Shown here piece by piece: positions 30,541 through 39,729 of a stretch of DNA of 64,000 nt. The position numbers and the translations under genes were made by a program. The stretch's first letter is position 1, and each line of letters starts with the position of its first letter. The notes beneath the pieces were generated by a model. The model was given only the letters and a program-made list of their open reading frames with translations. It was not told where the DNA came from and made no database searches. Location: the NCBI GenBank assembly GCA_963782915.1, contig CAWALK010000018.1, positions 96,001-160,000 of the forward strand, read 5' to 3'. This DNA is from an uncultured archaeon. GTDB lineage: Archaea; Thermoproteota; Bathyarchaeia; Bathyarchaeales; Bathycorpusculaceae.

Positions 30541-31257
30541 TTAGATACCTGTTTTACCGATTTCTTTAACGTAGACAACTACGGGTGGTTCTGGAAGCTT
30601 GGTGGGGTTGTTGGTCACTGTTTCAGCGTAGATTTTGTTGGTTTTCGGAGCCATTTGTGATTGGTCGCCTAGTAGCACGCCTGAGAGTCTGCTTTTTGTG
30701 AGTTCAAAGTCTGTTTTCTCAGATGTTGCTCGGCGCAGAGTTTCTTGTAGTAATGCGAATGCTGCTTTGTAGTTTTCATCGTCGACTTTTCCTATTTCAT
30801 GCTCGATTTCTAAGTTAGCGATTGCGTAGCTTAGTGAGGTGATTTCTTCTTGGCAGCGTTCTATTTCTATGGCTGATTCGTCGATGATGACTTGTGCTTC
30901 TTTTTTGAGTTGGGTTAGGACGTTTTCGAAGCTGCTGTGGAGGTCTTGGTAGACGTCTGGGGTTATCTTTTTCTTGTCCACCAAGTCTTTGAGGGCTTCG
31001 TCTTTACGCCAAATGAGGGGTATGTGGTCGCAAAGTACGCCTGCTTGGGATTTAATTTTTGAGATAAATGTGATTTCAGCGCCATTAAATCGTAAGCTTT
31101 CCATGGGCTGTTTGGAGAATACGCCGTCGCCAAATTCTACGTATACTGCGTCGAATTTGCCGTTGGGTGATAATGCGAAAGAGGCAACTTTACCGATTAT
31201 TCGTCCGTATTCGTTCTTTATGGGTTTACCAATAGAAAGAAAGAGATTGGAGGACAT
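30541..31257 (-). CDS. cdvA: CdvA-like cell division protein
   Basis: PRC-barrel start IGKPIKNEYGRIIGKV, coiled coil, C-terminal EPPVVVYV strand; lies between two ESCRT-III genes. Confidence 0.8.
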   Translation of the reverse strand: MSSNLFLSIGKPIKNEYGRIIGKVASFALSPNGKFDAVYVEFGDGVFSKQPMESLRFNGAEITFISKIKSQAGVLCDHIPLIWRKDEALKDLVDKKKITPDVYQDLHSSFENVLTQLKKEAQVIIDESAIEIERCQEEITSLSYAIANLEIEHEIGKVDDENYKAAFALLQETLRRATSEKTDFELTKSRLSGVLLGDQSQMAPKTNKIYAETVTNNPTKLPEPPVVVYVKEIGKTGI

Positions 31258-31275
31258 TTTTGTTTTCTCCTTATC

Positions 31276-31935
31276 TCAGTAGGTTTGTTTCTCTGCTTGG
31301 GATGCAGGGTTTGCGGGCATTCCTGGGGGTAGGTCTGGGAATTTGTCTTTGATTTTTTGCTCTGCGACTGTTGCTGCTTCAGTTAGGATCTTTGATGCGT
31401 CCTCGTTTACTGAGTCGAAGTTTAGTGTCATTCCGCTGCCTTGGCCTGCTTCAATCATGATTCCGCTGAGCATGTTTCCGATTTCGCCGAGTTCACTTTC
31501 TGCTTCTGGGAATACACTGACTAAGCCTGATCGGACTGAGCGTAGTACACCGACGGCTGGGCCGAGTGTTGAGACTACGTCGCCTAGTTCTGATACTGTT
31601 CGTAAGCGTAATGTGATTTGTTCGAGTGCGAGTTTTGCGTTCATGATGAGTTTGCTCATCTTTCTGACTTCGGCTAGTTCGTTTGCGAATACGTTTGCGC
31701 GTGCGCTGTCGTGTTTTGTGTATGCATCGACGATTCTTGCGAAGATTGCTTTATCGCGTTGGCTGAATCTGTCGGTTGCTTGGTCTAGTTTTTGAACTTG
31801 GAGTTCTATACGTCTGACTGCAAAGTCAAGTCGTGGTTTGAGTGGTCCTGGGGGGTTAACTGCGTCTTTTATGCGGTCCCCAAATGCCTGTTCGTCCCGT
31901 TTTGCTTCCCACTTTTTAGCGAATCTTTCTGACAT
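31276..31935 (-). CDS. ESCRT-III/Snf7 (CdvB paralog without wH domain)
   Basis: RANVFANELAEVRK..KLALEQITLRLRTV; FPDLPP MIM2-like tail. Confidence 0.88.
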   Translation of the reverse strand: MSERFAKKWEAKRDEQAFGDRIKDAVNPPGPLKPRLDFAVRRIELQVQKLDQATDRFSQRDKAIFARIVDAYTKHDSARANVFANELAEVRKMSKLIMNAKLALEQITLRLRTVSELGDVVSTLGPAVGVLRSVRSGLVSVFPEAESELGEIGNMLSGIMIEAGQGSGMTLNFDSVNEDASKILTEAATVAEQKIKDKFPDLPPGMPANPASQAEKQTY

Positions 31936-31974
31936 TATTATTACCTCTGTTACTCCACAGAATGCCGAAAAGTG

Positions 31975-32075
31975 AGTTATACATTGTTAATATGATGAAA
32001 ATATGCAGGTATATATGTACAGATATATGTTAAGGGTTTTTGCGCTTTATGCATTTAACAGATATGTTAAAGATG
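31975..32075. promoter_or_regulatory. Divergent promoter region of the cdv operon with repeated ACA..TGTTAA sites
   Basis: TTTAACAGATATGTTAAA near-palindrome (32054-32071), ACAGATATATGTTAA (32019-32033), ACATTGTTAA (31981-31990). Confidence 0.4.
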
Positions 32076-32161
32076 CTTGGCTGGGTTGCTGGTTTATACA
32101 TGATTGTGTAAGTTAGACTAAAATGAAGCGCTATCTAAGTGGGTATTAACTGGTGAATTAA

Positions 32162-32386
32162 ATGACTAGTAGATTGAAAATATTCGGACTAATTGCCCTT
32201 CTGGGTTTCGTTGCCGGCATCATCGCACAGGTCTTTGCAACACAGGTTATCCCATGGATCCAAATCAATTGGCCAGACCTGGGAAGTGTTGTTCCCTACT
32301 TGGTCGCAGGGATTGTTGGCGCAATCCTAACAGTAGCGCTTGTCGGCGTCTGGGCATTCATGACCGGCAAAAAAGACCCATACTAA
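32162..32386 (+). CDS. Small 2-TM membrane protein divergent from the cdv operon
   Basis: 74 aa, two hydrophobic helices, GGTGA upstream. Confidence 0.7.
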   Translation: MTSRLKIFGLIALLGFVAGIIAQVFATQVIPWIQINWPDLGSVVPYLVAGIVGAILTVALVGVWAFMTGKKDPY

Positions 32387-32457
32387 AAAGAGACAAACCA
32401 TTCTCTACCTCTTTCTTTGTTAAAAACTAGTTTTATCTTTTCTTTGATTTTTGTTTA

Positions 32458-32915
32458 TAGTAGTTGTTGCCGAAAACCCCATATACAACAACAACCAACA
32501 GATTGCAAAAAACATCGCTTTTCTGTTTCAGGAGATGTTTTGTTTTGCAAATCGATTGTGCATTATGCCGTAAGCAGCAAGTTTTCAACAAAAACCCCAC
32601 CCTTTAGCAGCAAACTTATGCACTTCCCATAGTTATCCCTCAATAGAATGCAGATGTTAGCCATCAGTGCCATTGAATGGGCAATATTTTGTAGGCACCT
32701 CAAATTTTGTGATGACTTTTTTATTGTGAGTTGTTGCTGTAGACCCCCCTCTTATTTCAACACAACAACCAACAGGCTTGGCTGCTGTGTCTGTTTTGGC
32801 CTCGGCTGGTTTTAACGGTTGCAGGTTGGTTGTAGTGTTATACGCAAGCAGAACAGTTTTAGACTTAGCAGGACCTACCTACCTCAGAGCACCTACCCCC
32901 TCCCTTGTATAAAGA
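32458..32915 (-). repeat. Dispersed repeat cluster (B, B, C and A modules)
   Basis: Two GTTGTTGC..CAACAAC hairpins; GACCTACCTACCTCAGAGCACCTACCCCCTCCCTTGTATAAAG differs at two positions from the reverse complement of the 8958-9000 copy. Confidence 0.75.
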
Positions 32916-33277
32916 AAAACACTTGCAGCATAACCCATTGAAGCACCATGCATTCATTGAATATTTGCCGGGCATAAGCAATGCATGTTGAGATTATCTT
33001 GCTCTAAATATACGCCTGCAGGGGCTAGTCTGCAACTTCCCAACAAAACATTATCGAAAACCACGCACCGCCAATAAAACGCCAAACAAGCACCCGCACA
33101 ATGCCTTAGCTTCTCTTACGCAAATAAACACACCAAATCCAACAAGCCGCAGCTAATCGAGCGTTTTTTAAAATTCACCCCACCGAAGGGCCCACGGGTG
33201 GGCCATCACGTGGACCCACAGAGGGTACAATTCAACCCTTCAATTCCAACCGCTATATTGGCTAATGTGATTAAAAA

Positions 33278-33460
33278 ATGAGCCAAGAAACCCCAAAACA
33301 ATACGAACCCACACCCCCAATACAGCAACAGATCAGCCTGCTAAACTTACGCATCAACGACATGATGACCCAACTTAACGCTGTCATGAAGGCAATGATG
33401 GAAGAGAATGCTACTCTCAAAAAAGAAAATGTTGATTTGAAAGCTAAAGCGGAAAATTAG
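33278..33460 (+). CDS. Small coiled-coil protein
   Basis: 60 aa with heptads; T-rich terminator follows. Confidence 0.55.
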   Translation: MSQETPKQYEPTPPIQQQISLLNLRINDMMTQLNAVMKAMMEENATLKKENVDLKAKAEN

Positions 33461-33513
33461 GCAAGTCTAAAAAACTTGCTTAAACCTTTTTGCTTAAACC
33501 TTTTTATTTTTTT

Positions 33514-34083
33514 TTATTCTTGTTTTAATGTCGCCGTTTTCTGGTGGAACAAGCACTGCTGCTGAACGGTGGTGGTCCAGAGTCCGTTTTTGTCGCCTGC
33601 TGCGGATTGGGTGGTGTTGTCGGTTTTGATGATTAAGCCAGTGGTTTTGAAGATTTTTTTGCGTTCATCCCATGCTGTTTCGGGGTCGAATTGTATGCCC
33701 ATGGTGGTTGCTAGCATGGTGGCGGCGAGGTCTTCTGCGTAGTCGCCTGCGGTTTCGTCTGTTTGGCCGTAGCTGTGGTGTTCAGAGAGGTAGCCGTACT
33801 GGTTTTTCTCTGAAGGAATAGCTACGCCAACTGAGGATGCTACTAGGCGGTGAGGTTCGTTGGTTGCGTTTCGGGCGATAACTACAAAGGTGATTTCGCC
33901 CGGGTGAATCATTTTTAAGCCTTTTTCTCGGGTGACAAGTTGACAGCCCGGTGGAACGATGGATGATACGCTGACTAGGTTGCACATTTGGATGCCTGCA
34001 TCTCTTAGTGCTAATTCGAATGATTGGAGTTGTTCTTTGTGTTTGCCAACTCCTTTTGTGAAAAAGAAGTATTTTGGTATCAT
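33514..34083 (-). CDS. pdaD: Pyruvoyl-dependent arginine decarboxylase
   Basis: [19 protein letters not shown](V)PP self-cleavage motif; GYLSEHH. Confidence 0.9.
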   Translation of the reverse strand: MIPKYFFFTKGVGKHKEQLQSFELALRDAGIQMCNLVSVSSIVPPGCQLVTREKGLKMIHPGEITFVVIARNATNEPHRLVASSVGVAIPSEKNQYGYLSEHHSYGQTDETAGDYAEDLAATMLATTMGIQFDPETAWDERKKIFKTTGLIIKTDNTTQSAAGDKNGLWTTTVQQQCLFHQKTATLKQE

Positions 34084-34224
34084 GATGTGTCGGAAAATAT
34101 GGATTGCGGAATGTGTTTATTAGTGTTTTGTTTTGAAAGTACAGTTGTTGTATTCATTAGCTGAATCCAACGGATGTAGGACAAAGAAGGAAAAGAGAAA
34201 AAGGTTAGGCCAAAAAATGGCGGA

Positions 34225-35745
34225 TTATTTGTGTTCTTCTTTGCCGACCTTATTCATTACCAGCGAAAGCAACTCGGGGAAACCGATGAGCAGCAACACC
34301 ACAAGCGCTTCAATGTTTTCGCCCATTACGAACAGCACTGTACCCGTAACAGCCAACGCCCAAATAGGGAAATACATGAAGATGAACTTTGACTTCGACA
34401 CAACCTTCTGCTTAAACCCAATAACAAGCGCCCCAAATGTTATCATGTACACAGTGAATAAGCTGGCTATCACCGATTTTTCAAAATCAAACAGTTCCGT
34501 AAAGTATGAGATTCCGATTAAACCTAAACCTATCGCCGGAATAAGCATAATCAAAAATCTGGTGCTAACATACACACTGCTTGTTCGCTTAAACGGCATA
34601 ACTATAGGCATAGACTTTAGCATACCGGCTTTCTCGATGATCGCGACTTTTTTGCCCATGACTGCAACATAGTCGTCGAGGTGGTCCTGTAAATACGATT
34701 CAGCCTCCAATAACCCGCGGAGGTACTGAACAGATGCCCAAGGCCGAATGTCAAGGTTACCGCCCACGGAGATATCCGTGACTTCACGATTCATGTAGAG
34801 TGTGTCAAATTTTTTGAGAGACTCGGCACCGTCGATTATCGGTTTGATTTGCACACTGCCTGGGACGCATCGAGCATATGTCACAAGCATCAGAAGCATA
34901 AATGGCGCGTTAAACCATGAAAGCCGCTGGTCTAGGCCTTCGCCGAAGTACTTGAGCGTGTAGGTTTCGTTGACTGTGCGCCATCGACCTTCCGCCTCAA
35001 ACTCAGCTATAAACGATTTCAACGCTGGCAGGTACTCTTCTAAGTCTTCGCCGAGTTTATACAGTGTATAGACAGCCATTCTGGTGCTGGCGTTATTGGG
35101 TTCTACAGTGCAATCTGCAGCATTGGGTGTGAAGCCCCATAGGCCCGTATTAGAGTCCTGAGCTGATTTTAGCCAAGCTGCAGCGTTAAGAATCGCGATT
35201 TTGATTTTTTCTTCCTCTGGGAACAAGTCCACCAGTCTTCTGAGCGCCAATAATGTGAGAGCTGTAGCTGATACTAGGCTGTCTTCGTATTTCCAAATGC
35301 TCCAGCCGCCGTCTTCATTTTGGTTTTCCAAAAGCCAATCCTTAGCCCGCTTTATTGACGCCATAACCTCGGCGTCTTCTTTAAAGTAGGACAATGCAAG
35401 GATCGCGCGAGATGTAGTGTCCACGAAGCTGTTTCCGCGGTTAATTAGAGGCCAGCCGTCTCCATAGTCGCCGCCTAGGTTCTGGTGGCGAACCAACCAA
35501 GCTTTGGCACGTTGCACTCGACTATCTGTGAGAGGACGAAGTTTGTATTTTAGTAAAACAAATAATGTCTCGGCAGTCGACCAAACTCCGCCTACATCAT
35601 TTGGTTTTTCAGCACGAAATCCACCGTCATCGTCGTCGCCTGGCTTATCTATTTGCCATGTAAGTACTTCTGTTTCTTTGCGTTTAACCCATTCTGAATA
35701 TACCAAACGTATCCACGGCTCTCTATCAAGCAAGTCTTTAGCCAA
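34225..35745 (-). CDS. Prenyltransferase/squalene-cyclase-like alpha-alpha barrel protein with C-terminal TM helices
   Basis: QW-like repeats (WLVRHQN..DGW, WLLENQNEDGGW, WLKSAQD..GLWG); about four TM at the C-terminus; TTG at 35745 avoids overlap with cdc6. Confidence 0.7.
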   Translation of the reverse strand: MAKDLLDREPWIRLVYSEWVKRKETEVLTWQIDKPGDDDDGGFRAEKPNDVGGVWSTAETLFVLLKYKLRPLTDSRVQRAKAWLVRHQNLGGDYGDGWPLINRGNSFVDTTSRAILALSYFKEDAEVMASIKRAKDWLLENQNEDGGWSIWKYEDSLVSATALTLLALRRLVDLFPEEEKIKIAILNAAAWLKSAQDSNTGLWGFTPNAADCTVEPNNASTRMAVYTLYKLGEDLEEYLPALKSFIAEFEAEGRWRTVNETYTLKYFGEGLDQRLSWFNAPFMLLMLVTYARCVPGSVQIKPIIDGAESLKKFDTLYMNREVTDISVGGNLDIRPWASVQYLRGLLEAESYLQDHLDDYVAVMGKKVAIIEKAGMLKSMPIVMPFKRTSSVYVSTRFLIMLIPAIGLGLIGISYFTELFDFEKSVIASLFTVYMITFGALVIGFKQKVVSKSKFIFMYFPIWALAVTGTVLFVMGENIEALVVLLLIGFPELLSLVMNKVGKEEHK

Positions 35746-35817
35746 GAAATCAGTGGAAGTAGTTATAAAGCTTATAGATTCCAAAACAATACAGCATACC
35801 TGAAGGAAATAAAAACT

Positions 35818-37008
35818 GTGGAGCCGCATCAGAGCATATTCAAAGACGAATCTAAACTGGACATAAACTATGTGCCCCAGCAGCTGCAGCATAGGGAAGC
35901 CCAGCAGCGCCTCCTTCTGGAGTTTTTCGGGTTTATTTTGCGGTGTCCTGAGCGGATGTCGCAGCGGGTAATTTTAACGGGTGACGTGGGCACTGGGAAG
36001 ACGGCGTTAGCTCAGCATTTCGGCGCAACTCTCACGTCTGAAGCTAACAAGAAAGGCCTCAAATTCCGCTATGTTCATGTTAACTGCCGTGAATTCCGTG
36101 GTGCGCTTCAACCGATTCTGCATCGGGCAGTTACGGTTTTTCGCCCCAACTTCCCAGCCAGAGGATATGGAGCAGAAGAAATCCTCGCTACGCTCATGCA
36201 GGTGCTAGATGAGGAAGAAGCCACCATAATTCTAACCCTTGACGAGTTCGACAGTTTAATCGAAAAGGAAGGTTCCGATGCGGTTTACAAACTCACACGA
36301 CTGCAGGAGATGCGGCAAGGGAAACCTCAGCGGCTTTCATTCATTTTTATCATGCGTGACCTGAAACCAACTGAGGGACTGGATGAGAGCGCACGGAGTA
36401 CGCTTCAAAGAAGCATCATTCGTTTGGAACGCTACGGCAAAACCCAGTTGATTGACATCCTAAGTAACCGTGTCAAGTTGGCGTTTGAGTTGGGTGCCGT
36501 GCCAGAAGATGTCGTTGAGTTGGTTGCAGAGTTAGCGTTTTCGGAGACGGGCAACGCAAGATTTGGCATAGAGTTGCTTTGGAGAGCAGGCAAATATGCC
36601 GATGCAAACGACGCAGGCATGCTTGAACCCGAATGCGTACGGTTCGCAGTGTCAAGCATTGTTCCGAGTTTGCGCCGAAGTGAACTTGAATCTTTGGGGT
36701 TGCATGAACGCCTCTTTTTGCTTGCGGTGGCACGTTACTTTAAAGAAAACGAGGAAGTCTATGCTGCCCTCTCAGAACTCGAAAACTCCTACGCAGTCAT
36801 TTGCGAAGAATTTGAGGAGAAACCCAACAGTCACACCCAAATCTGGAATTACGCACAGTACCTCACCAAATTGGGCGTACTGAAAACGGAGGTTGCATCA
36901 GCTGAGACACGAGGCAGAGTTACGCGGGTTTCGTTGCCCAGTATCCCTGCCGAGGAACTTGAGCGCCAGTTAAGCGAAGGGTTGGAGCATGAGCGGAGGC
37001 AAAAATAA
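35818..37008 (+). CDS. cdc6: Orc1/Cdc6 replication initiator
   Basis: IFKDESKLDINYVP..L.HRE, GDVGTGKT, VHVNC, LDEFD, GNAR, C-terminal wH. Confidence 0.92.
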   Translation: MEPHQSIFKDESKLDINYVPQQLQHREAQQRLLLEFFGFILRCPERMSQRVILTGDVGTGKTALAQHFGATLTSEANKKGLKFRYVHVNCREFRGALQPILHRAVTVFRPNFPARGYGAEEILATLMQVLDEEEATIILTLDEFDSLIEKEGSDAVYKLTRLQEMRQGKPQRLSFIFIMRDLKPTEGLDESARSTLQRSIIRLERYGKTQLIDILSNRVKLAFELGAVPEDVVELVAELAFSETGNARFGIELLWRAGKYADANDAGMLEPECVRFAVSSIVPSLRRSELESLGLHERLFLLAVARYFKENEEVYAALSELENSYAVICEEFEEKPNSHTQIWNYAQYLTKLGVLKTEVASAETRGRVTRVSLPSIPAEELERQLSEGLEHERRQK

Positions 37009-37270
37009 ACTGGAACTCGAAGAAGTCTTCTCGTCCAAGCCCCGCATGAAAATTCTAAAGCTGATTTACCAACTCGGGCAACTCAACATTTCGGATGTTG
37101 CTAGAAGAATAAAGATGAATTATTCAGCTACCGCTGAGCACCTAAAGATTCTGGAAGCTGAGGGTATAGTTGAAGTGCGGGTTTATGGTCGGATTCACAT
37201 GTACCGCTTCACCGATTCGGAAAAAGCGAAGGCTGTGGCGGCGCTGATTGAGGTATGGGAAAAGCAGTGA
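36989..37270 (+). CDS. ArsR-like winged-helix protein coupled to cdc6
   Basis: FSSKPRMKILKLI..GQLNISDVARR..NYSATAEHLKILE. Confidence 0.8.
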   Translation: MSGGKNKLELEEVFSSKPRMKILKLIYQLGQLNISDVARRIKMNYSATAEHLKILEAEGIVEVRVYGRIHMYRFTDSEKAKAVAALIEVWEKQ

Positions 37271-37324
37271 CTTTTAAAAGTGCTTTGGGTTTTTAATTGT
37301 CGTTTAGCTTGCAGTAGTTTTGTT

Positions 37325-37562
37325 TTAGTTGTTGCTGTGACCCCTGCTTTTTTCAACAACATGTTTGCTTGTTAGCAGTAGATAATTGAGGGACCCGCTA
37401 TACTCATCTTCTTCCAGCGGGCTTGACTGTGGTGTCTGTTTGATGGTCTGCGTTTGGGTTGGATTGCAAGTTGGTTGAGGAGATTACCCTAAGCATTGCC
37501 AAAACCAACTTAGAATAAACGTTTGTTGCTCTGCCGAGGTACCCCCTCCCTTATTTATAGGC
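37325..37562 (-). repeat. Dispersed repeat cluster (B, C and A modules) downstream of the cdc6 operon
   Basis: GTTGTTGCTGTGACCCC..TTCAACAAC; GGGTTGGATTGC; TTGTTGCTCTGCCGAGGTACCCCCTCCCTTATTTATAG. Confidence 0.75.
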
Positions 37563-37772
37563 AGGCGTTTGCAAGTTTTAGAGATAAATAACTATGCTTG
37601 TGTTAGGGTAATGTTGTTTCTATAGACGATTGTTTGGTGCGGGCTTATTTTTGGGGTGCATATGCAACTGATGGTTTACGATTTGTTTACGACTCTACAC
37701 TGGCTCAGAGAACGCTGATCTAAAACCTGAATAAGAAATTAGCAAGTCCTAAAAAAAGGGCTAAATTTTTCT

Positions 37773-37892
37773 TTATTCCTCTTCGTGTTCTTTTCCTTCA
37801 GCAACGAGTTTCTTGACTTTTTGTCCACCCATCTTTCCTGCTTCTTCAACGGTCATGTCTTTGCTTTTTTTATGTGAACGGTTTTCACTCAA
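37773..37892 (-). CDS. 39-aa hydrophilic stress-protein-like peptide (KGG/GsiB-like)
   Basis: MSENRSHKKSKDMTVEEAGKMGGQKVKKLVAEGKEHEEE; GGAGGTGA RBS upstream; below the ORF-track cutoff. Confidence 0.65.
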   Translation of the reverse strand: MSENRSHKKSKDMTVEEAGKMGGQKVKKLVAEGKEHEEE

Positions 37893-38043
37893 AAAAATTC
37901 ACCTCCGCTAGAACATTGAATGGGTATTCAACCATGTTGGGCACATAAAGCTATGTGACTGCCATACATCAAGAACAGAAAAGCTTGAAAATTGGCGTTT
38001 AATTCAAAAAGCTAAACCAAAAGTACCCTAAACCCGCTAAAAT

Positions 38044-38535
38044 TCAACTATTCTGAGCCTCAGCTTTAACGGTATCCAACATCGCAAACGAGGCTTTTCC
38101 AGTCAAATAACCGCAGAGTTCCCCTGGATTAATAACCAGTGTTTTGCCTTTTTGCTGGATGCTTTTGTTGTGGCTGTGCCCATGAACTACGGCGTTGAAG
38201 TAACCGCTATCTACCAGTGCATTTAGCAGTTCCGCTTCGTCACCGTGCAGCAAGCCGATTCTGTAGCCCTCAACAGTTACCTGTGTGAAGCGGTCATGTA
38301 TTGTGCAGTTGGTGGTTTCGTTAAATCGTTTTGTGAGGAGTTGGTGGTCGCCGTCGTTGTTGCCGAAAACGCCGATGAGGGGGCAATTGAGTTTTTTGAA
38401 GTGTGCGATTGTGAAGGGTGAAACGTAGTCGCCTGCATGGAGCACTAAGCTTACTTTGTGGTCGTTTAGCATTTGCACGGCTTTTTCTATCTGCACCAGA
38501 TTGTCGTGTGAATCTGAAATTGCGCCAATCAGCAT
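38044..38535 (-). CDS. Metallophosphoesterase (YfcE/MJ0936 family)
   Basis: ISDSHDN, HAGD, GNND, HG, GHSH, NPGE. Confidence 0.9.
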   Translation of the reverse strand: MLIGAISDSHDNLVQIEKAVQMLNDHKVSLVLHAGDYVSPFTIAHFKKLNCPLIGVFGNNDGDHQLLTKRFNETTNCTIHDRFTQVTVEGYRIGLLHGDEAELLNALVDSGYFNAVVHGHSHNKSIQQKGKTLVINPGELCGYLTGKASFAMLDTVKAEAQNS

Positions 38536-38707
38536 ACGTTTTCACTACTGTTTTTTCTCGCTGGAGCAGATAAAGGCTTTCTATGTAATATGATGCATAA
38601 TATTCAGATTTTGAGTATTAAAGCAGCTAAATCAGAATTAATATTATTAATAATAAAAATTTATAAGCAGAATCAAGACATAAGAGTCGCCTACCGAGGT
38701 AAAATGG

Positions 38708-39013
38708 TTGCTGGATGCAAATCAAAAAAGACGCGACCAACTAAGTATAATCGCTAATATACTTGAAAGCGCAAAAGAAGGCGTTCGAAAAACAAAAATC
38801 ATGCATACGGTTAACTTGAGTTTTGTGCAACTAAACGATTACCTCACGTTTCTGGTAGATAATGGTTTAATACGTCTATCAAGCGATGGGAAAAAAGAAG
38901 TTTACATAGCAACCATCAAAGGGGTTCTTTTTGCCCAAATGTACCGTGAACTAACAAGCATGATAACCACTCAAAACGAAGAAAAAGCGCCTCTCCTAAG
39001 TGAACTTTTTTAG
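38708..39013 (+). CDS. Winged-helix regulator (HTH_45-like)
   Basis: RRDQLSIIANILE..RKTKIMHTVNLS..LNDYL..L...GLI. Confidence 0.82.
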   Translation: MLDANQKRRDQLSIIANILESAKEGVRKTKIMHTVNLSFVQLNDYLTFLVDNGLIRLSSDGKKEVYIATIKGVLFAQMYRELTSMITTQNEEKAPLLSELF

Positions 39014-39729
39014 AACCGCTCAAGCACAGAGGGCAATTCATTTAGGCGCTTTATGGTTTGGTCTGGGCTAAACTTTTCGGACGCTTTCTGTACCCGCCGC
39101 TCGATATAAACTGCCCTCATGCCCACAGCTTTGGCGCCTTCGATGTCTGCGTCGATTGTGTCGCCGACAAAAACTGCCTCCTCAGGGCATAGGTTCATCA
39201 ATTTTAGGGTGCTTTTGAAGATTTCTTGGCTGGGTTTGCGCTTGTTAATTGCCCCCGAAACCACAACCACTTCAAACAAGTCGTTGATGCCGCTGGTTTT
39301 AAGGAGTTTAACTACGCATTCGGGGATGGCGAAATTTGAGATGACCCCTAACTTGTACTTTTTATGCAACACTTTGAGGGTTTCCTCTGTGTCGGCGTCT
39401 ATGTGGACGTACTTCATGAATTCCTCACAAAACTCACCCGTTGCTGCACAGACGATGGGGCTTGAAACATCATAGTTGTATCCTAAACTGTTCAGCGTAG
39501 CAGCGATGCGTACGTTGAAGTGGGGTTCATCGAAGTTCGAGTCGGCTTTCGCAAAAATCTTGTTGCGTTCACTGATGTAGGTCTGCTCAAACTTTTCAAA
39601 GGGAACATCGACGCCATGCATGTTTAGGTACCTATACATTCGCCTGATTGAAGGTGGATAAAATTCGTGGTCTTTTTCGATGAGCATAATGGTATCGAAC
39701 ATGTCGAATAAGACGGCTTTAATGGGCAT
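39010..39729 (-). CDS. HAD-superfamily hydrolase
   Basis: FDMFDT, ISN, KP, VGDT..ADIEGA. Confidence 0.9.
   Translation of the reverse strand: MPIKAVLFDMFDTIMLIEKDHEFYPPSIRRMYRYLNMHGVDVPFEKFEQTYISERNKIFAKADSNFDEPHFNVRIAATLNSLGYNYDVSSPIVCAATGEFCEEFMKYVHIDADTEETLKVLHKKYKLGVISNFAIPECVVKLLKTSGINDLFEVVVVSGAINKRKPSQEIFKSTLKLMNLCPEEAVFVGDTIDADIEGAKAVGMRAVYIERRVQKASEKFSPDQTIKRLNELPSVLERF

Noticed and set aside
34133-34672. 179-aa plus-strand ORF and many other antisense ORFs (e.g. 1351-1758, 2847-3374, 31343-31795, 44204-44665)
   Set aside because: Shadow frames of well-supported genes on the opposite strand, with no motifs of their own
35745-35892. N-terminal extension of the 555-aa ORF overlapping cdc6
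   Set aside because: It overlaps a confident gene on the opposite strand; TTG at 35745 downstream of a TATA-like box is a better start
37271-37770. oriC with canonical ORB boxes downstream of cdc6
   Set aside because: No TCCAGTGGAAAC-type ORB found by eye; not called as a feature
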